Positions 1 through 17,881 of a DNA stretch of 64,000 bases are shown here, one piece after another (within the stretch, counting starts at the first letter, position 1; the number at the start of each line of letters is the position of its first letter). Made by a program: the position numbers and the translations under genes. The stretch lies in the NCBI RefSeq assembly GCF_009914755.1, contig NC_060936.1; one strand, given 5' to 3'. The notes under the pieces are model-generated. The model had not been told where the DNA came from, did no database searches, and was given only the letters and a program-made list of their open reading frames with translations. Origin of the DNA: the human T2T-CHM13v2.0 reference genome, Homo sapiens.

Positions 1-748
1 GAAATCTGATATCACTTACTCCATCTTGCTTCTAACCTCACAAGCTAACTGCATTTGTTAACGTTAAAACAAAGATGATAACAGTCCTTTCCTCAAACTA
101 ATCACATCCTTGCTCAGGGACTGAAACTTGCCTTTGTAAGATGAATGGAAGTCCACGAGGTTAGGATTACAAGAGGGGTCAGAATTCTGCTAAAATGTAG
201 ATGTAGCTGAACGATAAGCAGACATTGTCTTCTAGCTTGCTTTTTTATGATTCCTTACTGCTCAGGGGTTAAGCAGCCAGAGGCCACAAGATTTGTAACT
301 TCCTCAGTTGCTCCTATAGATTATATCTCTATTGTAAATCCTGAGATTAGCCTTTGAGATATTTTTTAGGCTTTTGCATTCTGGTTACCACCTGACTCTG
401 TTTGGACTCACCCAGACCTGTGATTCACACTAAGAAACTGACTCAACTGGTCTTTAGGCCCCTATCCAGAAACTGACCCACGATGTAAAGTCCATTTTTG
501 ACCCTCTAGGATTTCATCCTCATCCAACCAATCAGCATTCTCAATTGCTAGCCCCCTGCCTGCCAAACTATCCTTGAAAAATCTTAGCCTCTGAATTCTC
601 AGGAAGGTAGATTTGAGAAATGTCTCCTGTTCCCCTGCTTGGCTGTCCCTATGATAATTAAACTTTTCCTTTGCTGCAATACCTGCTGTTCTCAGTACAT
701 TGGCTTTTCTGCATGACTGAAAAGATGAACCTATTGGGCTGCTCCACA
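1..748 (+). mobile_element. ERV1 solo LTR, LTR8 family (5' end cut by window edge)
   Basis: ctccatcttgcttctaacctc...aaacaaagatgataacag matches recalled LTR8 consensus; ends gaacctattgggctgctccaca. Confidence 0.75.
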
Positions 749-910
749 AGTATTAGGGACATTGTTAAGAAGAGCCAGCTTTTTGTATGATGGATATTTT
801 TAAATGTTAGACTAGTAATTCGAAAAGTATATTTGAAAGGCGTGGGAAGTAGGGTAAGAGGAAGCACAGTTCCATGAGAGAGTAAGGTTCAGTAGATAAT
901 ACAAAAACAG

Positions 911-1320
911 TGTCAAACTGAAAGAAAGAAGTTGAAGCAAAACTAATATAGGTAGAGAGTTTATTTGGGCCAAGCTTGAGGATTGCAACCCTGGAGCATA
1001 GATTCAAGTTGTCCTGAATATACACTCTGATTAGCAATAGCAATAAGTAGGTTTTTAAATTAAAATAAAAGGCAGTTCCTAAGTTGTTCTCCAATAATTT
1101 ACATTAAAATATCAAAAGCTATTCATTGGCTATATGTTGTTTTTCGTGTCACAAATCCCCAAAACATGAAGATAATGGGTAAGGTCGCTAATCGGGAACA
1201 AAATGATTTTAAACAATCGCTCCCAGGCAACGGAAAGGAGACCAGATTATGCTCATGTCTTTTCTGACCTGGGTACCCTACAGAGTCAGACTGCTCTGAG
1301 TTATTTTTCTTTTCTCAACA
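911..1320 (-). mobile_element. ERV1 (MER4-group) solo LTR, subfamily uncertain
   Basis: TG...CA termini; tttatttgggccaagcttgaggattgcaacc typical of reverse-strand MER4-group LTRs. Confidence 0.6.
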
Positions 1321-2131
1321 GTGAGATGTTCACAGTGAAATCCTCTGTGATGAGCATGATGCAAAGACCAGGGTTGCAAAACACATTGCAATGCTCTGGC
1401 CATAAACTTTGAAACTCTAATGTCAACACGGGCATAGAGCCTCCTGGTGTCGCAGAGAGGGAAGCTCATGTGATGGCTTCTAAGGCTTTTGGAATCAGAG
1501 TGAAAGAATTGATTGATTCTAGGCCTATAAGATAGCATTTGCCTTTTCAAATAGATTTTACATTTTCTCTTTTTTGCTACTGATCACGCTCAGAGGACAT
1601 GTTTTGTTGTTGTTGTTCTTAACCCCAGATCTTCTCTTTTGAGCAAGCTCTGTCATTTGCAATATTCTTTCTGGTGTGGCACCCAGACAGTAATAGCATA
1701 CACAGTATCTTCTATCTTAAACATGGAAGACTAAAATGTCCCCACTGAAAATATGATGCAAGGGAATAATGTGTTAGTTCATTTAACATTATGCTATGAC
1801 TTAAATTGAACTCATTAACTCCCAAATAGAGCCCAGTACTTATCTTTATATATGTATTTTAAAATAAAGCCCTTCTCTTTATAGTGTTATATTTGATCAG
1901 ACTGTCAATATTATGAATCCATCATGAATACACTGTACTGATGTTCCTTCCCAATTTTGTGTTTTTTTAAATTTTGTTAAGTTGGAATCATCAACATTAA
2001 TTACAAATGTGAAAGAAGACACAAAGATAGAGTCTATGGCATAAAATACATGACCTCTTTTAAAGCTGATGTCCATTATGTGTAGTGGTTAATCCACTTA
2101 CAAACCATTTAACTCTATTATCTTTTCCAAG

Positions 2132-2279
2132 TTTATTTATTTATTTATTTTTATTTTTTCTTAGAGACAGGGTCTCACTGTGTTGTCCAGGCTGATCTTA
2201 AACTCCTGGACTCAAGTGATCTTCCTGCCTCAGTCTCCCAAAATGCTGGGTTTGCAAGCATGAGCCACCATGTCCAGCC
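2132..2279 (-). mobile_element. FLAM (free left Alu monomer)
   Basis: (ttta)n tail then agagacagggtctc...ctcaagtgatcttcctgcctcag...gagccacc, a single monomer. Confidence 0.85.
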
Positions 2280-2749
2280 TGTCTTTTACTCATTTCCATA
2301 TTATCTATTAGGACACCATGAAGAATGTTGCAAGTAGCTCAATTAGTTTATGCATGCATGCATTCTCTTTACTTGAGTTCAATAATAATCTAACAAGTGA
2401 ATCTGTACTTGTTAGAATTTTTATGGTATGATGAAAATACTTCTGCTAAATCCATGCTCTGAAGGCTGTTTCCATATTTCCCCAATCCTGTCTACATTTC
2501 TTACAACCTTCTTTGCTCAGGTAGTTTCCTTAGCATAAGTATCTTAACTAAAGATTTTAATATAAAATTTCTAGATTGTCTCTGAGCAGAGAGAATGTGA
2601 GAATATTTTGGAAAATAATATGCTGCCTAACTTATAAATGGCCTAAGATAATAAATATTTTTCTGCCCCTCAAAACTCTGTTAAGTCATTTATTTAGCAA
2701 ACAATAAACTCACTATGTCCTATTTGTATTGAGGTCAATTTTTTTTTAA

Positions 2750-2880
2750 ATACTGGATGTACCAGGCATTGGGCAGATGTTGAAAATACAAAAATCAATA
2801 AAAGTTAGTTCTTATCCCTGAGGAGCTTACAGTCTAATGACAGAAAAAGATATTTAAATAGGTAATACTATATGGTAAGA
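2750..2880 (-). mobile_element. L2 3' fragment
   Basis: ccaggcattggg...ccctgaggagcttacagtcta, L2 3'-end antisense motif. Confidence 0.55.
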
Positions 2881-5653
2881 GGCATAAATAAAATAATGTG
2901 AGAATGTGGAATACTCGAAGCATGTGTCAGCTGGAATCTAAGTCTAAAGAAATTCGTAGTGTTCTCAAGTTAATATTATTCACATAGGGTTTTGTCTAAA
3001 ACTTTTTTCACTGTAAAAATCATTCTGTTTTGTGATAATCACTTTAGTGAAACATTTCATCAGACCAATCTTGGCCCACTGACATGAAACTGCCACCCAC
3101 ACCTGTATTTACAAACTAATTCTTTTGTATTTTTTTGTGTGTATTTGTGCTCAATATAGTACATTCAGAACATTCCCAGGCATAGCTCAGAACGCTGATT
3201 AATAATCCAATTCAATTTCCATTTCTCATGAACCTGGGATCTATTTCCACACATGTATTGTTCAGCATGAAGGAAAAGCAAATAAATTCATTTCTTTGTG
3301 GATGAGAAAACAGGCCTAAGCTAGTTGGCATCTCTCTATGGCTCCTTCCAAGGGTTTATTTTCAAAAGCCAGATCTCCATCCTTTTGTTGAGCTGAAAAA
3401 AAAAAAATCCCAAGTAAAAAGCTATAGAAAACTTCCTTTGTGAAGGAAGAAGCCATGTATGAAAAGTTTTCATCCACCATGCACTGCCAATATTACTAAG
3501 TCTAACTCACTACCAAGGGCATTGCCTCATGACTGAATTTGCTTACGAGTGATTAAGGCCATAAAATTACACAAAGAAAATGAGCATACAGCTAAAATAA
3601 TTGCTCTAACACTAATTCTACCCTGTTATATCTTGCTAAGAATCCTTTGCCATCCACACAGTCCCATCATGTTTATTGCAATTTTCAAGTCTGGCCTATT
3701 AAGATTATTTCTTGTACTGAAACTTACTCCATTATTACCTTTAAGGATCATGAGGATTAGATAATGAAAACCTTTAAATTACTCCCTTTTGCAACCCTGT
3801 TGCTTACAAGGTAGTCAAAAAGCTACCCAATTTGATTTGTATATTTTAAAAGCCCTATGAAAGAATTATGTTTATAAATATTTTTATGCTAGTAGTTCTA
3901 TGTCAATATTCAAAGTTTCTATGCAAAGCCCTTTCATCCACAGAACTACAAAATTAAGAGAATTTCTGCAATGAAATAATTTCCTTTCATGTTTTAAGTA
4001 CTAGATTGATTTACAACTCTCCACTAAGATGAAAGTATTCAAATTATCCCCCAACCCATCTTTCAAGTTTAAAATGAACTAAGTGATTTTGCCTTTGGTA
4101 TTTTACAATGTCAGTGAGCTTTAAAGAGCTTTTAAACAAATAGGATTGCCTAGGCAGCCACCAAGAACCAGATCATCATCTTCTTTGGGTTTCTATGCAA
4201 TTGAAATGGTTTCACTGATTCAGGCCGTGTCTCTCTAGGTACCCAGGGTACCTTGATACTTGGGTCATCACTGATACTGTTCCCAGGAGACTTACCCAAC
4301 TAGAATTTCCTTGAAGATCATTTCTCTTCCACTCCTCCCAGTAAAGAAGAAGTACTACCAGGAGCGAGGATTACTACCATCTGGGTGATATGGCCCATCC
4401 TTCAATTTGAAACTTCCACCTTCTCAAATAAATCTCTTACTAAGTCTCCTGTTAAGTAAATACAGTTTTCACAAGAGCCTTTCTAAGTCTCACTCTTTTG
4501 CACTAGGACTCTTGCCCACCACCCATATCCCATTCAAATTAGAAACAGTCTACTTTTCCCTCTTTCCTCAGGCATCAACCGTAGGTTTAAAGACAACTGC
4601 TAGCTAAGTTTCTCTGCAGCTAAATTGCCTTTGATGACCAAAAGTTAAGCTAGCTCATGAAGTAAGACTTTCAAAGCTTGGGACTTAATTCACCAAACAG
4701 GGACAGAGCATAACTAATATAAAAATAATAGTTCTTTTCAATTCTGGGATATTATTAGCCGTCACAAACAAAACAGGCTTGGGCCTGTATCTTTCAGGAA
4801 TGACAGACTTTGAAATAAACACATGCTGCTTCATGAATAAATTGAATCTAGAGAAGCATTTTTTCAAGAGAGGCATTATTTAGAAAGAACTAGATGGTAG
4901 TCTGTTGCATGGTTCAACTATTTGTAATCATGTTATGTTAAAAGTTTCTATTCATAATAAAGACTATAATAAGCATTTCTGAAAAGGTAGAAGCCTATCT
5001 AAACAATTACATTTAATACAGTTTATTTAAAGTAAAGTAGAATTTACTTTTCTGACACAGACTCAAATGCTACCACTCTGATTTCCCCCAACGTATTTAA
5101 ATGCAGCTTTACTTGCTCTCCTATCATATCTTTTCTTTTTTTTGGTATTCTTTTTAGCATTTATTACACTGTTTGCCATTGTTTGTTTATATGTCTGTTT
5201 CTCCTATAGAATTCAACATTTAGATGCCAATAATCATTTGGTCAGATTTGTATCCTGGATCTTTGAGTAAATAACTGAATTGTATTTTATTATTTTTTAA
5301 AAATCTGTATTTAACAATTTGGTAAATTGTTTTAATATACCAACTAAATTATGGAAGCTTTAGAATGTTCTGATAATATGTTTTGAGTGGAATATAAGTA
5401 AAGATAGAATGTTTTTCTTATCTGTTTTTAAGGTATGTCTTGTGCGACATGTCATATTTTTACAAATAAAATATTTCTTCCTGAATCTATATATGTGCTG
5501 AACAAACACATAGATTGAAACCAAAATTGTTCCAACTAAATTTCTAAATTATAATTTTTAGGAATTGAGCTTTAAAATATATATATATATATATATTTCA
5601 ATTAGGTAAAGCTCATTACATATTCTTAAATGCATATGCTAATATACCGTCCA

Positions 5654-5722
5654 TAGGCTGGTGCAAAAGTAATTGCAGCTTTTGCCATTAAAGTAATAGC
5701 AATTACTTTTGCACCAACTTAA
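5654..5722. mobile_element. MADE1 (Hsmar1-derived MITE), internally deleted
   Basis: taggctggtgcaaaagtaattgc ... gcaattacttttgcaccaacttaa terminal inverted repeats. Confidence 0.9.
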
Positions 5723-6754
5723 CAGATTTAAAAGGTATTTCCTACTACTACTGAGGCTTATAGACATGATGAAAATGGCCCAGACAAGTGAAATTTTAGT
5801 TTACCCCAAGTAGCTCTCATCATTCTTATATTTACTTTTTCTTCTTATTTTCAATTCACTGGATCTGCTGATGGCTTTTCAGTTCAGGCTGACTATATAA
5901 ACATACTGTGAGATTACACTGGTGTTTACAGGAATTTTTATTCCAGGGCAGCCAATTAGCAAACTGAACTGGGTTAGGTATAGGTAATTACCACTAGGAT
6001 GACAGGAGATGTTTGCTTCAAATTTGTTATCTTCCCTGTAATAGAGAACATATTTTTGTTTGAAAAATACCATTAATCCATGAAAATATGTATTCAGCTG
6101 AATGATGGTTCTTCTCGTGTTACAATATGCAATTTATGTGTTCCTAAACGGAGAACAGGGATATTGCCATAGTGAAAGCTAACAGGGATACACCATTTAT
6201 GGAATTAAAAAAAAAAAGAAAAGAATTCAATTGAGTTAGAAACGTACATAAGTATAATTAAGAAGAATGTCAAAAATTCTGAATAAAAATGTATGATTTT
6301 AGTCACTATAGTCCTCTTTGTATATAGTGTGGCATTATTAATTCTGTACAAATGTGCCTGTCTTTATACAAAGCATAGTTGAAAAGACTAAATATGTATT
6401 TGTGGAATTTTATATAAAGGGTACATGGAGCTGTAGCAATGATTTATTTAATCTGACCCATGGAAAATTCAATATGGAAAAATTCAGAAGAAAAAAATGT
6501 AGGTTTTATTAATTTTTAAACATTTGTATTTAAATTGATAAAAATATGTATATTTCTGAATATTTAATTTTATTTTGCATAGAGGCAGGGTATAGTAAAA
6601 TTAGTAAGTTCTATCTATTTTATCATTTGCTTAGTTTTCAGTCAGTTATCAAATATGTTAGGCCTAGATCTGGTCATCAGCTCACTTTGTATGTGCCTGA
6701 TTTATTCTAAATAATAATATGAAAGTTCCCCAATATATTTTCTTATATGATTAA

Positions 6755-6780
6755 GTGTGTGTGTGTGTGTGTGTGTGTGT

Positions 6781-6781
<1 letters not shown>
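6755..6781. repeat. (TG)n microsatellite at the broken L1 3' end
   Basis: direct reading. Confidence 0.95.
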
Positions 6782-10140
<3,359 letters not shown>

Positions 10141-10209
10141 TGTGTTGTTAGCTTGTTATTGGGCTGGCTTGTTTGCATGGTTGCTTTATAGCATCACTGG
10201 TCTGTGTAT

Positions 10210-11225
10210 TTAAGTGTGTTTTTGTATTAGCTGGTAGTGGGCTTTCTTTTCTTTCTATATTTAGTGCTCCTTTCAAGATCTCCTGTAAAGCAGGTCTGTT
10301 GGTAACAAACACCCTCAACATTTGCTTATCATAAAAGAATTTTATTTCTCCCTCACCTAAGAAATTTAGTTTAGCTGGTTATAAAATTTTTGGTTTAAGA
10401 TTTTTTTTTTTTTTTAAGAACATTGAATATAGGCCCTCAATCTCTTCTGGCTTGCAGGGTTTCAGCTGAGAGGTCTGCTGGTAGCTTGATGGGGTTCCCT
10501 TTGTAGGTGACCTGCCTTTTCTTTCTAACTGCTTTTAACATTCTTTCTTTTGTCATTTCAGCCTTGGAAAATCTGATAATTGTGTGTCTTGGGGATGATA
10601 TTCTTGTGCAGAATATTGCAGGAGTTCTCTGTATTTTCTGAATTGGACTGTTGGCTTCTCTAGCAATGTTGGGGAATATTTCATGAATGGTATCCTGAAA
10701 TATGTTTTCCAAGTTGCTTGTTTTCTGCCCCTCCCTTTCAGGAATGCCAGTGATTTGTAGATTTGGCCTCTTTACATAATTCCATACTTCTTAGAGGTTT
10801 TGTTTATTCCTTTTTATTCTTTTTAAAAATTTTGTGTCTGTCTTGTTTCAGTAAGCCAGTCTTCAAGTTCAGTTTCTTTCCTCATTGGTTTATTCTGCTG
10901 TTAATACTTGTGATTTTATTGTGAAATTTTTCTATTGTGTTATTCAGCTCTGTCAGATCCGATAGGTTCTTTTTTATACTGGCTGTTTCATCCTTCAGTT
11001 CCTATATTGTTTTAATGTTGTTAGTAGTTTCCTTGGTTGGGTTTTGCTGTTTTCCTGAATCTCGATGATCTTCATTCCTATCCACATTTTGAATTTTATT
11101 TATGTCATTTCACCCAGCTCAGCCTGGTTAAGAACTCTTGTTGGAGAACTGGTATAGTCATTTGGAAGACATATGACACTCTGGCCATTTGAGTTACCAG
11201 AGTTCTTGTGTTTGTTCCTTTTCAT
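10210..11225 (-). pseudogene. decayed L1 ORF1
   Basis: ORF 10437..10712 ENIFQDTIHEIFPNIAR...QVTYKGNPIKL.ADLSAETLQARRD. Confidence 0.85.
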
Positions 11226-14086
11226 CTCTGCATGTGGGTGTACCTTTAACTGCAGTGTACACTGAATCTCTTGTAGTCAGTAGATTTCTTTTCTGAGTCT
11301 TTTCACAGGGACGAGGCTTTGTGCAGGGTCTATTTGAAGCTGACTTCTCATTTTTGGTTTTAGATGGGAATATGTTAGCAAGCCATTTTTGGTGTTGAAG
11401 CTTTGGGGTGTGATCCATTAGGTGGCACTTAGGTACACTGGTCAGTTGGTAGACCCTTCCTCAGTTGTGTTTCCTGTGTTTCCTCACAGTTGAAATTGTA
11501 TTCCCTCTCAATGGTCTGAATGTGTGAATTCCTCTTGCCCTTGAGTGTTGGCTGTACATCACAGCTTAGCACTCCTGGGCTGCCCACTGCAGCTCCAGGG
11601 TGATCTCAGTGTTCATGATCCTTCCCCAACATGGAGGCAGCAGAGGAAGGGACCTTAGTAGTGGTTGTGGTCAAGGGTCTTTTGTTTTTTTCCAGGGGGC
11701 TCCCCCAAGAAAGATGCAGGCCAGCAATCACTCAGTATACTCAACTAAGGATGGAGGGTTTATGCTGTCATCAAAGCTGGGGATTCCCTGTCTGGTGATG
11801 AGTCGGGGGACGGTGGTACCCATGGGAGATGGGCTGGCCTGCTCTCTTTGGGTCAGACTGCAGCTTGTTGGAGGAGTGGGTAAAGCACTTAGGGTCTTTG
11901 CTCCTTCATTAGTCCGAGGGTAGCAAGGGCAATTCTACTGCAGAGGAATTGGAGTGCTCCTGGAGACACTGTCTAGGGAGTTGCAGAACCGCTACTGGCT
12001 CCATAGCTCTAAAAGGGAGCATGCCTGGAGGCCCAGGCCTGGAGTCCTTGCCTCGTGAGGAGATATGGAAATGGGCACCCATGTGACAATCTGGACAATT
12101 TTCTGTAGGGCTGCTGTGGTATGCTGGGGGTCCCATCCAGTCCCTAGTCACCTCAGACTTTCACCTGGAGATATCATCAGTGAAGGCTGTGAAACAGCAA
12201 AGATGGCAGCCTGCCCCTCCCTCTGGGAGCTCCATTCCAGGGAGCTATGGACCTGTGTCCTGCCCAAATGCACCTGTAGGAGGTGATTAGAGACCCCATT
12301 TGGAGGTCCCACCCAGTGAGGAGGAATGGGTTTGGGGACTCACTTATAAAAGCCATCTGGCCATGTTTTATAGAGCAGCTATGGTGTGCTGGGGGTCCAT
12401 TTCTACTCCCAATCAGCTTGAAATCTCCAAAGCCTAAAGGCTGGAACAGGTAGGTCACCCTAACAACAAAGATGGTGGTCTGCCCCTTCCTCTGGAAGCT
12501 CTGTCCCAGGGTGGCTTCAAATCTCTGTTCACCTGAAAACACCATTGGGGGTGGCTGGAGACCCTGGCTGGGAGGTACCACCCAGTGAGGAGCAAAGGGT
12601 TGGGGACCTGCTTAAACAAGCATTCTGGCCAAGTTTTTGTAGGGAGAGATAAAGCTGCTACTGGTGGCTGTCTGGAATTCCAAGCCAGTGGGTCTTATCC
12701 TGTGAGGTGCCATGGAAGTGAAGCCTGCAAACTGTCACTGCTCAGCCCCCTGGATTTAACTCCTTTCCTAGGGATATGTACAGGGGTCTAAACTCCCACT
12801 TTGCTGGAGTTGCAGCTACTTTTGCAAGCAGGCCTGGAAAGCCTGCATTTCTAAGGCTCTTGGGTCTCCACATGTGCTTGAATAGCTGCTCTGTTGAGAC
12901 TCCATATAGTTTTGGACCTTCAATCTGAAGGTCCTGGTGGAGTGGGTTCACAGAGAGATCTCCTGACATAAGGTTGCATAGATCTGTCAGAGAAGCATGA
13001 GTTCCTGGGGTTTCACATTCAATCACGACTTCCCTGGGTGGGGGAAGTTCCCCTGGCTCCATGTTGCTCCTGAGTGGGCTATCATCCTGCCTTGCTTTTT
13101 TCCATTCTTCGTGGGTCTGGTAGTTTCCTTGATTAGTCCCAATGTATGTACCCGAATGTTTCAGTTAAAAGTGCTGTATTTACTTGCCCCTCTGTTTCTC
13201 TCCATAAGAGTCACACACACTAGTTGCCTCTAGTTGACCATCTTGGCCACTCCCCCTTTTTATTATTATTATAAAATATTGAGACCTACATTAATTATTC
13301 ATAATAACGTCATAAATTTTCTTAACCTCTTGATTATTATCAGAAAATTATTTCCTGGTACTAAACTCTCATTTTTGCATAATTATTGTGTGTTTTTCTT
13401 AATTTTTTATCAGTGAGATAGAGGAAAATCTGTTTGTTCCATGTTTCCATAGGGTGCCGTAGGGTATTCCATATGCAGAAATATATCCGCTTCTAAGTTG
13501 GATTGTATTCTTCAATCTTGTTCTGTTCTAAAGACATGCCTATTGAGGGTCAAAGAACAATAGAAACATTCATACAGTCTTTATTCCCCCCATTATATAC
13601 GATGGCAGAACATACCTAGATTTTACCTGTTCTGATAGTTGCCTTCTGTTAAAAGAGGAATTCTTTATTCTAACTGTTTGAACCTTTCTTAACCCAAAGC
13701 TCGCATTTATCATCTTTGGGGCATACTTCAGAGAGGGTGTACTATAACTCACAAAGAAAAAGTATGGTAAGAAATGCCAGTTGACTATTTCAGCAAAGAG
13801 ACTGAGTACTCTGATGCTTATAATGAACTTCACTGTAGTAGGAATTATTGCTCCTGATGAAATCTAGACACATGTTCCTTTACTTAGTTTGAGATAGAAA
13901 GGCTAAATTTCTCCCCAAGATATATTTGCCAACATGCATATTCTAAGCAAAGAAACTTCAATAAATGGATTTGATAACTTTAGGCAATCTTCCCACAGTA
14001 TCAAGTGACATTGGCCCACCTTCAAAAGAATATTGTTCAAAAATATTAGCCATATCTATGTTCAGCAGAAGGAAATTGTAGTCACA

Positions 14087-14087
<1 letters not shown>

Positions 14088-14149
<62 letters not shown>
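14088..14149. repeat. long (TG)n microsatellite
   Basis: about 27 uninterrupted TG units. Confidence 0.95.
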
Positions 14150-14150
<1 letters not shown>

Positions 14151-14371
14151 TGGGGGAGCGTGAGGCAGCTGCCCACTGAGAAGCCATTCCCAAGCACTGT
14201 TTAGAGAATTTTCCCAAAGAACTTCTGGAACATAGAGTTGAAATAATCCAAACAATGAGTTATTTTGGTTCCAGTACATTCACTTTTAGGAAGCTCAGTA
14301 TATTCAGGCCTATTGATACTTGTATACTCAACACAGTGAAAGTTACAAAGATTTTAAAGATGATCTATTTC

Positions 14372-14677
<306 letters not shown>

Positions 14678-16282
14678 CTATTTCAGCTCTTCTATTTAAG
14701 GGCAACTCTAAATCCATGAATAAGAATATAATCTTTAAATCAGAGTTTAATGAAAGCTGTGAATGAAAATCAGATCTACAAATGTCCTGTCTCATTCAAG
14801 TTGTATAGTATGAAATAGCATTATTGGAAGTTTTCTGGCATGAAATTAAAAAGATATAACTAAGCTAACCAAGAAGGAAATATAAGCAGAGTCTGATTGA
14901 AGAAAAGGTTATAAGGAGATGATGATATTTCCACCTCAGAGAATAAAGAGATGGAAGAATTAGGTACAGTCACTGGAAGGTTAAACCTAAGAATTGAAGA
15001 GGACATTAGTATCTTAGTTAGAATGCTCTCTAAGAAGAATGATATGCGTGAATTATTTAAGGGAGAGAGGGAAAAGTCCAAAGGGGATATGGTGAGCAGA
15101 ATTTCATGTGCTAAAACTATGACAACAGAAGGACCCACTAATTTAATTTAATAGCTAAATTAGCTGACTAGCCAATATTGTTATTAGTAATTCACTTACC
15201 GACTGATACTTTAGGAAATAAATAGGGACCCTAATTAAAATGACTTAAGCATATAAAAAGTAAAATGATGGTTCTTTTTTAAATAGGAACTAATAAGTTT
15301 ATTAAAAACCTTATATTTAGTATTCAACAAATAGAGCTATTTGATTTGATAGGTTGTAATAACCAAGTAAATTTGGTCTGACAAAACAAATATATTATTA
15401 TGGCAATCAGTATAAAATTATAGTAATTTACTGCTACCATAGCAATATATTAGGCCTATATTCATAAAAATCATAAACCACTTATTTGATACTTTAAAAG
15501 TTAATTTTAAAATTGTGAAAATATATTTTTATAAAGATTACTTATTCTTAGCTCAAATAAAGTGCTATACCTTCAAAACCACAGATAGGCAACAAAATAT
15601 TCACTGATAAATTTTTAAAAATGCATTAAGTTTAGAAAATTATTTCCCTCCAAATTTTTATTACAACAAAAACAGTGAATTTAAAAATCAAAAAGAAATA
15701 TATTTATGTTTTAATGATGTAAGATTTTCTAAGTAAAGTTTAATGAAAGTTGCAATAGATATAATACTGCTTTGTTGGCTTAGCTTGTGCTATACTTTTA
15801 GATAAAGCGTTCGAAGAATAAACAAGAGTCTATGCTCCTTAATAAAAAGACCCCTTTATTCTATTGAAACAGTAAACTATTCATGTTTCTGAAGGAAAGA
15901 AACTCATCTAAACAAAGTGTCTTAGAGTTCTGGCAAGAATTCCTCATTTTAGATAACTAACATAATAATATACCTTAATGTAAATATGTTTTTAAATCTC
16001 AAAGTAGAATGTTGTAATCTAGTTAAGTAACATTTATCATAATAAATTACATGGTTGTTTATCACATGTGTCATTACCATGAAGTGAAATATGTAGTCAA
16101 ACCAGCAAAAACATAATATGAAGATGCTTAAGCAGAAAAACTATAGTGAAAAGATGTATGTGCCCATGAGGCAAAGTGATATCTTATTGACATCATTGGT
16201 AAGAAGTACCAATTGATTACCAACTGGTAAGAAGTACCAGTTAATTATTCCAGCAAAAGAACTGAGTATACACCCTGGGTTA

Positions 16283-16632
16283 CTGACTTAGCCATTCAAG
16301 CTGCTGTAGCAAAATACTTTAGACTAGGTAATTTATAAGCAATAAAATTTATTGCTCACAGTTCTGGATTCTGGGAAGTCCAAGTTCAAGGTGCCAGCAG
16401 ATTTGATGTGTGATAAGGGCCCTTTCTCATAGATGGAGCCTTCTTGCTATGTTCTCATGTGGCAGAAGGGGTGAATGGGTTCCCTCAGGCTTCTTTTATA
16501 CAGGCACTGATCCAGTTCCTGAGGCTGCAGACCCAATCAACTTCCAAAGGTCTCACTTCCCAATACCACTGCAATTAGGATTGAATTTCAACATGTGAAT
16601 TTTGAGGGGACACAAGTAATCAGACCATGGCA
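16283..16632 (-). mobile_element. MLT1A-type MaLR solo LTR
   Basis: tttattgctcacagttctgga...gggaagtccaag...aaggtgccagcagattt...cagaccatggca. Confidence 0.8.
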
Positions 16633-17452
16633 GCTACCTCTAGATTAAAATATGTTTTGAGGCTGGCAGTGTGTAGGTGTATTTTTTTTTTTTTTTACCT
16701 TGAGTGTTCTTGTTCTGGGGGAGGGGGAAGTTTTCAGAAGAGTTGGCAGAATAGCTCTGATATGGTTTAGCTATGTCCCCACCCAAATCTTATCTTGAAT
16801 TTCCACATTTTGTGGGAGGGACTCGGCAGGAGGTAATTGCATCATGGGGGCAGGTCTTTCCCATACTGTTCTCATAATAGTGAGATCTGATGGCTTCATA
16901 AAAGGGAGTTTCCCTGCACAACCTTTCTTCTCTTGTCTGCCGCCATGTGAGATGTGCCTTTAATCTCACACCATGATTGTGAGGCTTCCCCAGCTACATG
17001 GAACTGTAAGTCTGTTAAACCTCTTTCTTTTGTAAATTGTCCAGTCTTGGGTATGTCTTTATCAGCAGCATGAAAACAGACTAATACAATAAATTGGTAC
17101 CAGGAGTTGGGTACTGCTGAAAAGATACCTGAAAATGTGAAAGTGACTTTGTAACTGGGCAACAGAAGAGGTTGGAACAGACTGGAGGGCTCAGAAGAAG
17201 ATAGAAAAATATGGGAAAATTTGGAACTTCCTAGAGACTTGTTGAATGGCTTTCAAATATGCTGATAATGGTATGGACAATGAAATTCAGGCTGAAGTAG
17301 TATCAGATGGAGATGAGGAACTTGTTGGGAACTGGAGAAAATGTGACTCTTGTTACGTTTTAGCAAAGAGAGTGAGTGGCATTTTGCCCCTGCCCTAAAG
17401 ATTAGTAGAACTTTAAACTTGAGAGAGATGATTTACTGTATCTGGTGTGGGT

Positions 17453-17738
17453 ATTTATTTATTTTGGAGTCTTGCTCTGTCACCAGGCTGGAGTGCAGTG
17501 GCACGATCTCGGCTCACTGCAACCTCTGACTCCCTGATTCAAGCAATTCTCCTGCCTCAGCCTCCGAGTAGCAGGGATTACAGGCATGTGCCACTACACC
17601 CAGCTAATTTTTGTATTTTTAGTAAAGACAGGGTTTCACCATGTTGGCCAGGATGGTCTCAATCTCCTGACCTCGTGATCCACCTGCCTTGGCCTCGCAA
17701 AGTGCTGGGATTTCAGGCATGAGCCATCACGCCTGGCC
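17453..17738 (-). mobile_element. AluSc-like inserted in THE1A internal region
   Basis: Alu dimer, antisense, ends gcctggcc; no clear TSD. Confidence 0.9.
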
Positions 17739-17881
17739 AGTGGAAGAAATTTCTAAGCAGCAAAGCGTTCAAGAGGTGATTTGGATGCTGTTAAAAGTAT
17801 TAAGTTTTAAAAGGGAAACAGAACATAAAAGTTCAGTAAATTTGCAGCCTGAAATGTGATAGATAAGAAAATCCCATTTTC

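Noticed and set aside
4237-4253. 17-bp palindrome aggtacccagggtacct
   Set aside because: An 8-bp-arm palindrome is expected by chance in 64 kb.
14860-15151. Overlapping ORFs on both strands
   Set aside because: Purine-rich, likely decayed L2-like sequence; no splice or homology support.
16196-16251. Short direct repeats (tggtaagaagtacca x2; similar at 27022-27067, 28719-28753, 59002-59038)
   Set aside because: Two-copy slippage duplications; no repeat-spacer array, and CRISPR is implausible in primate DNA.
16983-16997. PRDM9 hotspot motif in the THE1A LTRs (also ~19498-19511)
   Set aside because: The sequences cttccccagctac and ccttcccagccac do not match CCTCCCTNNCCAC.
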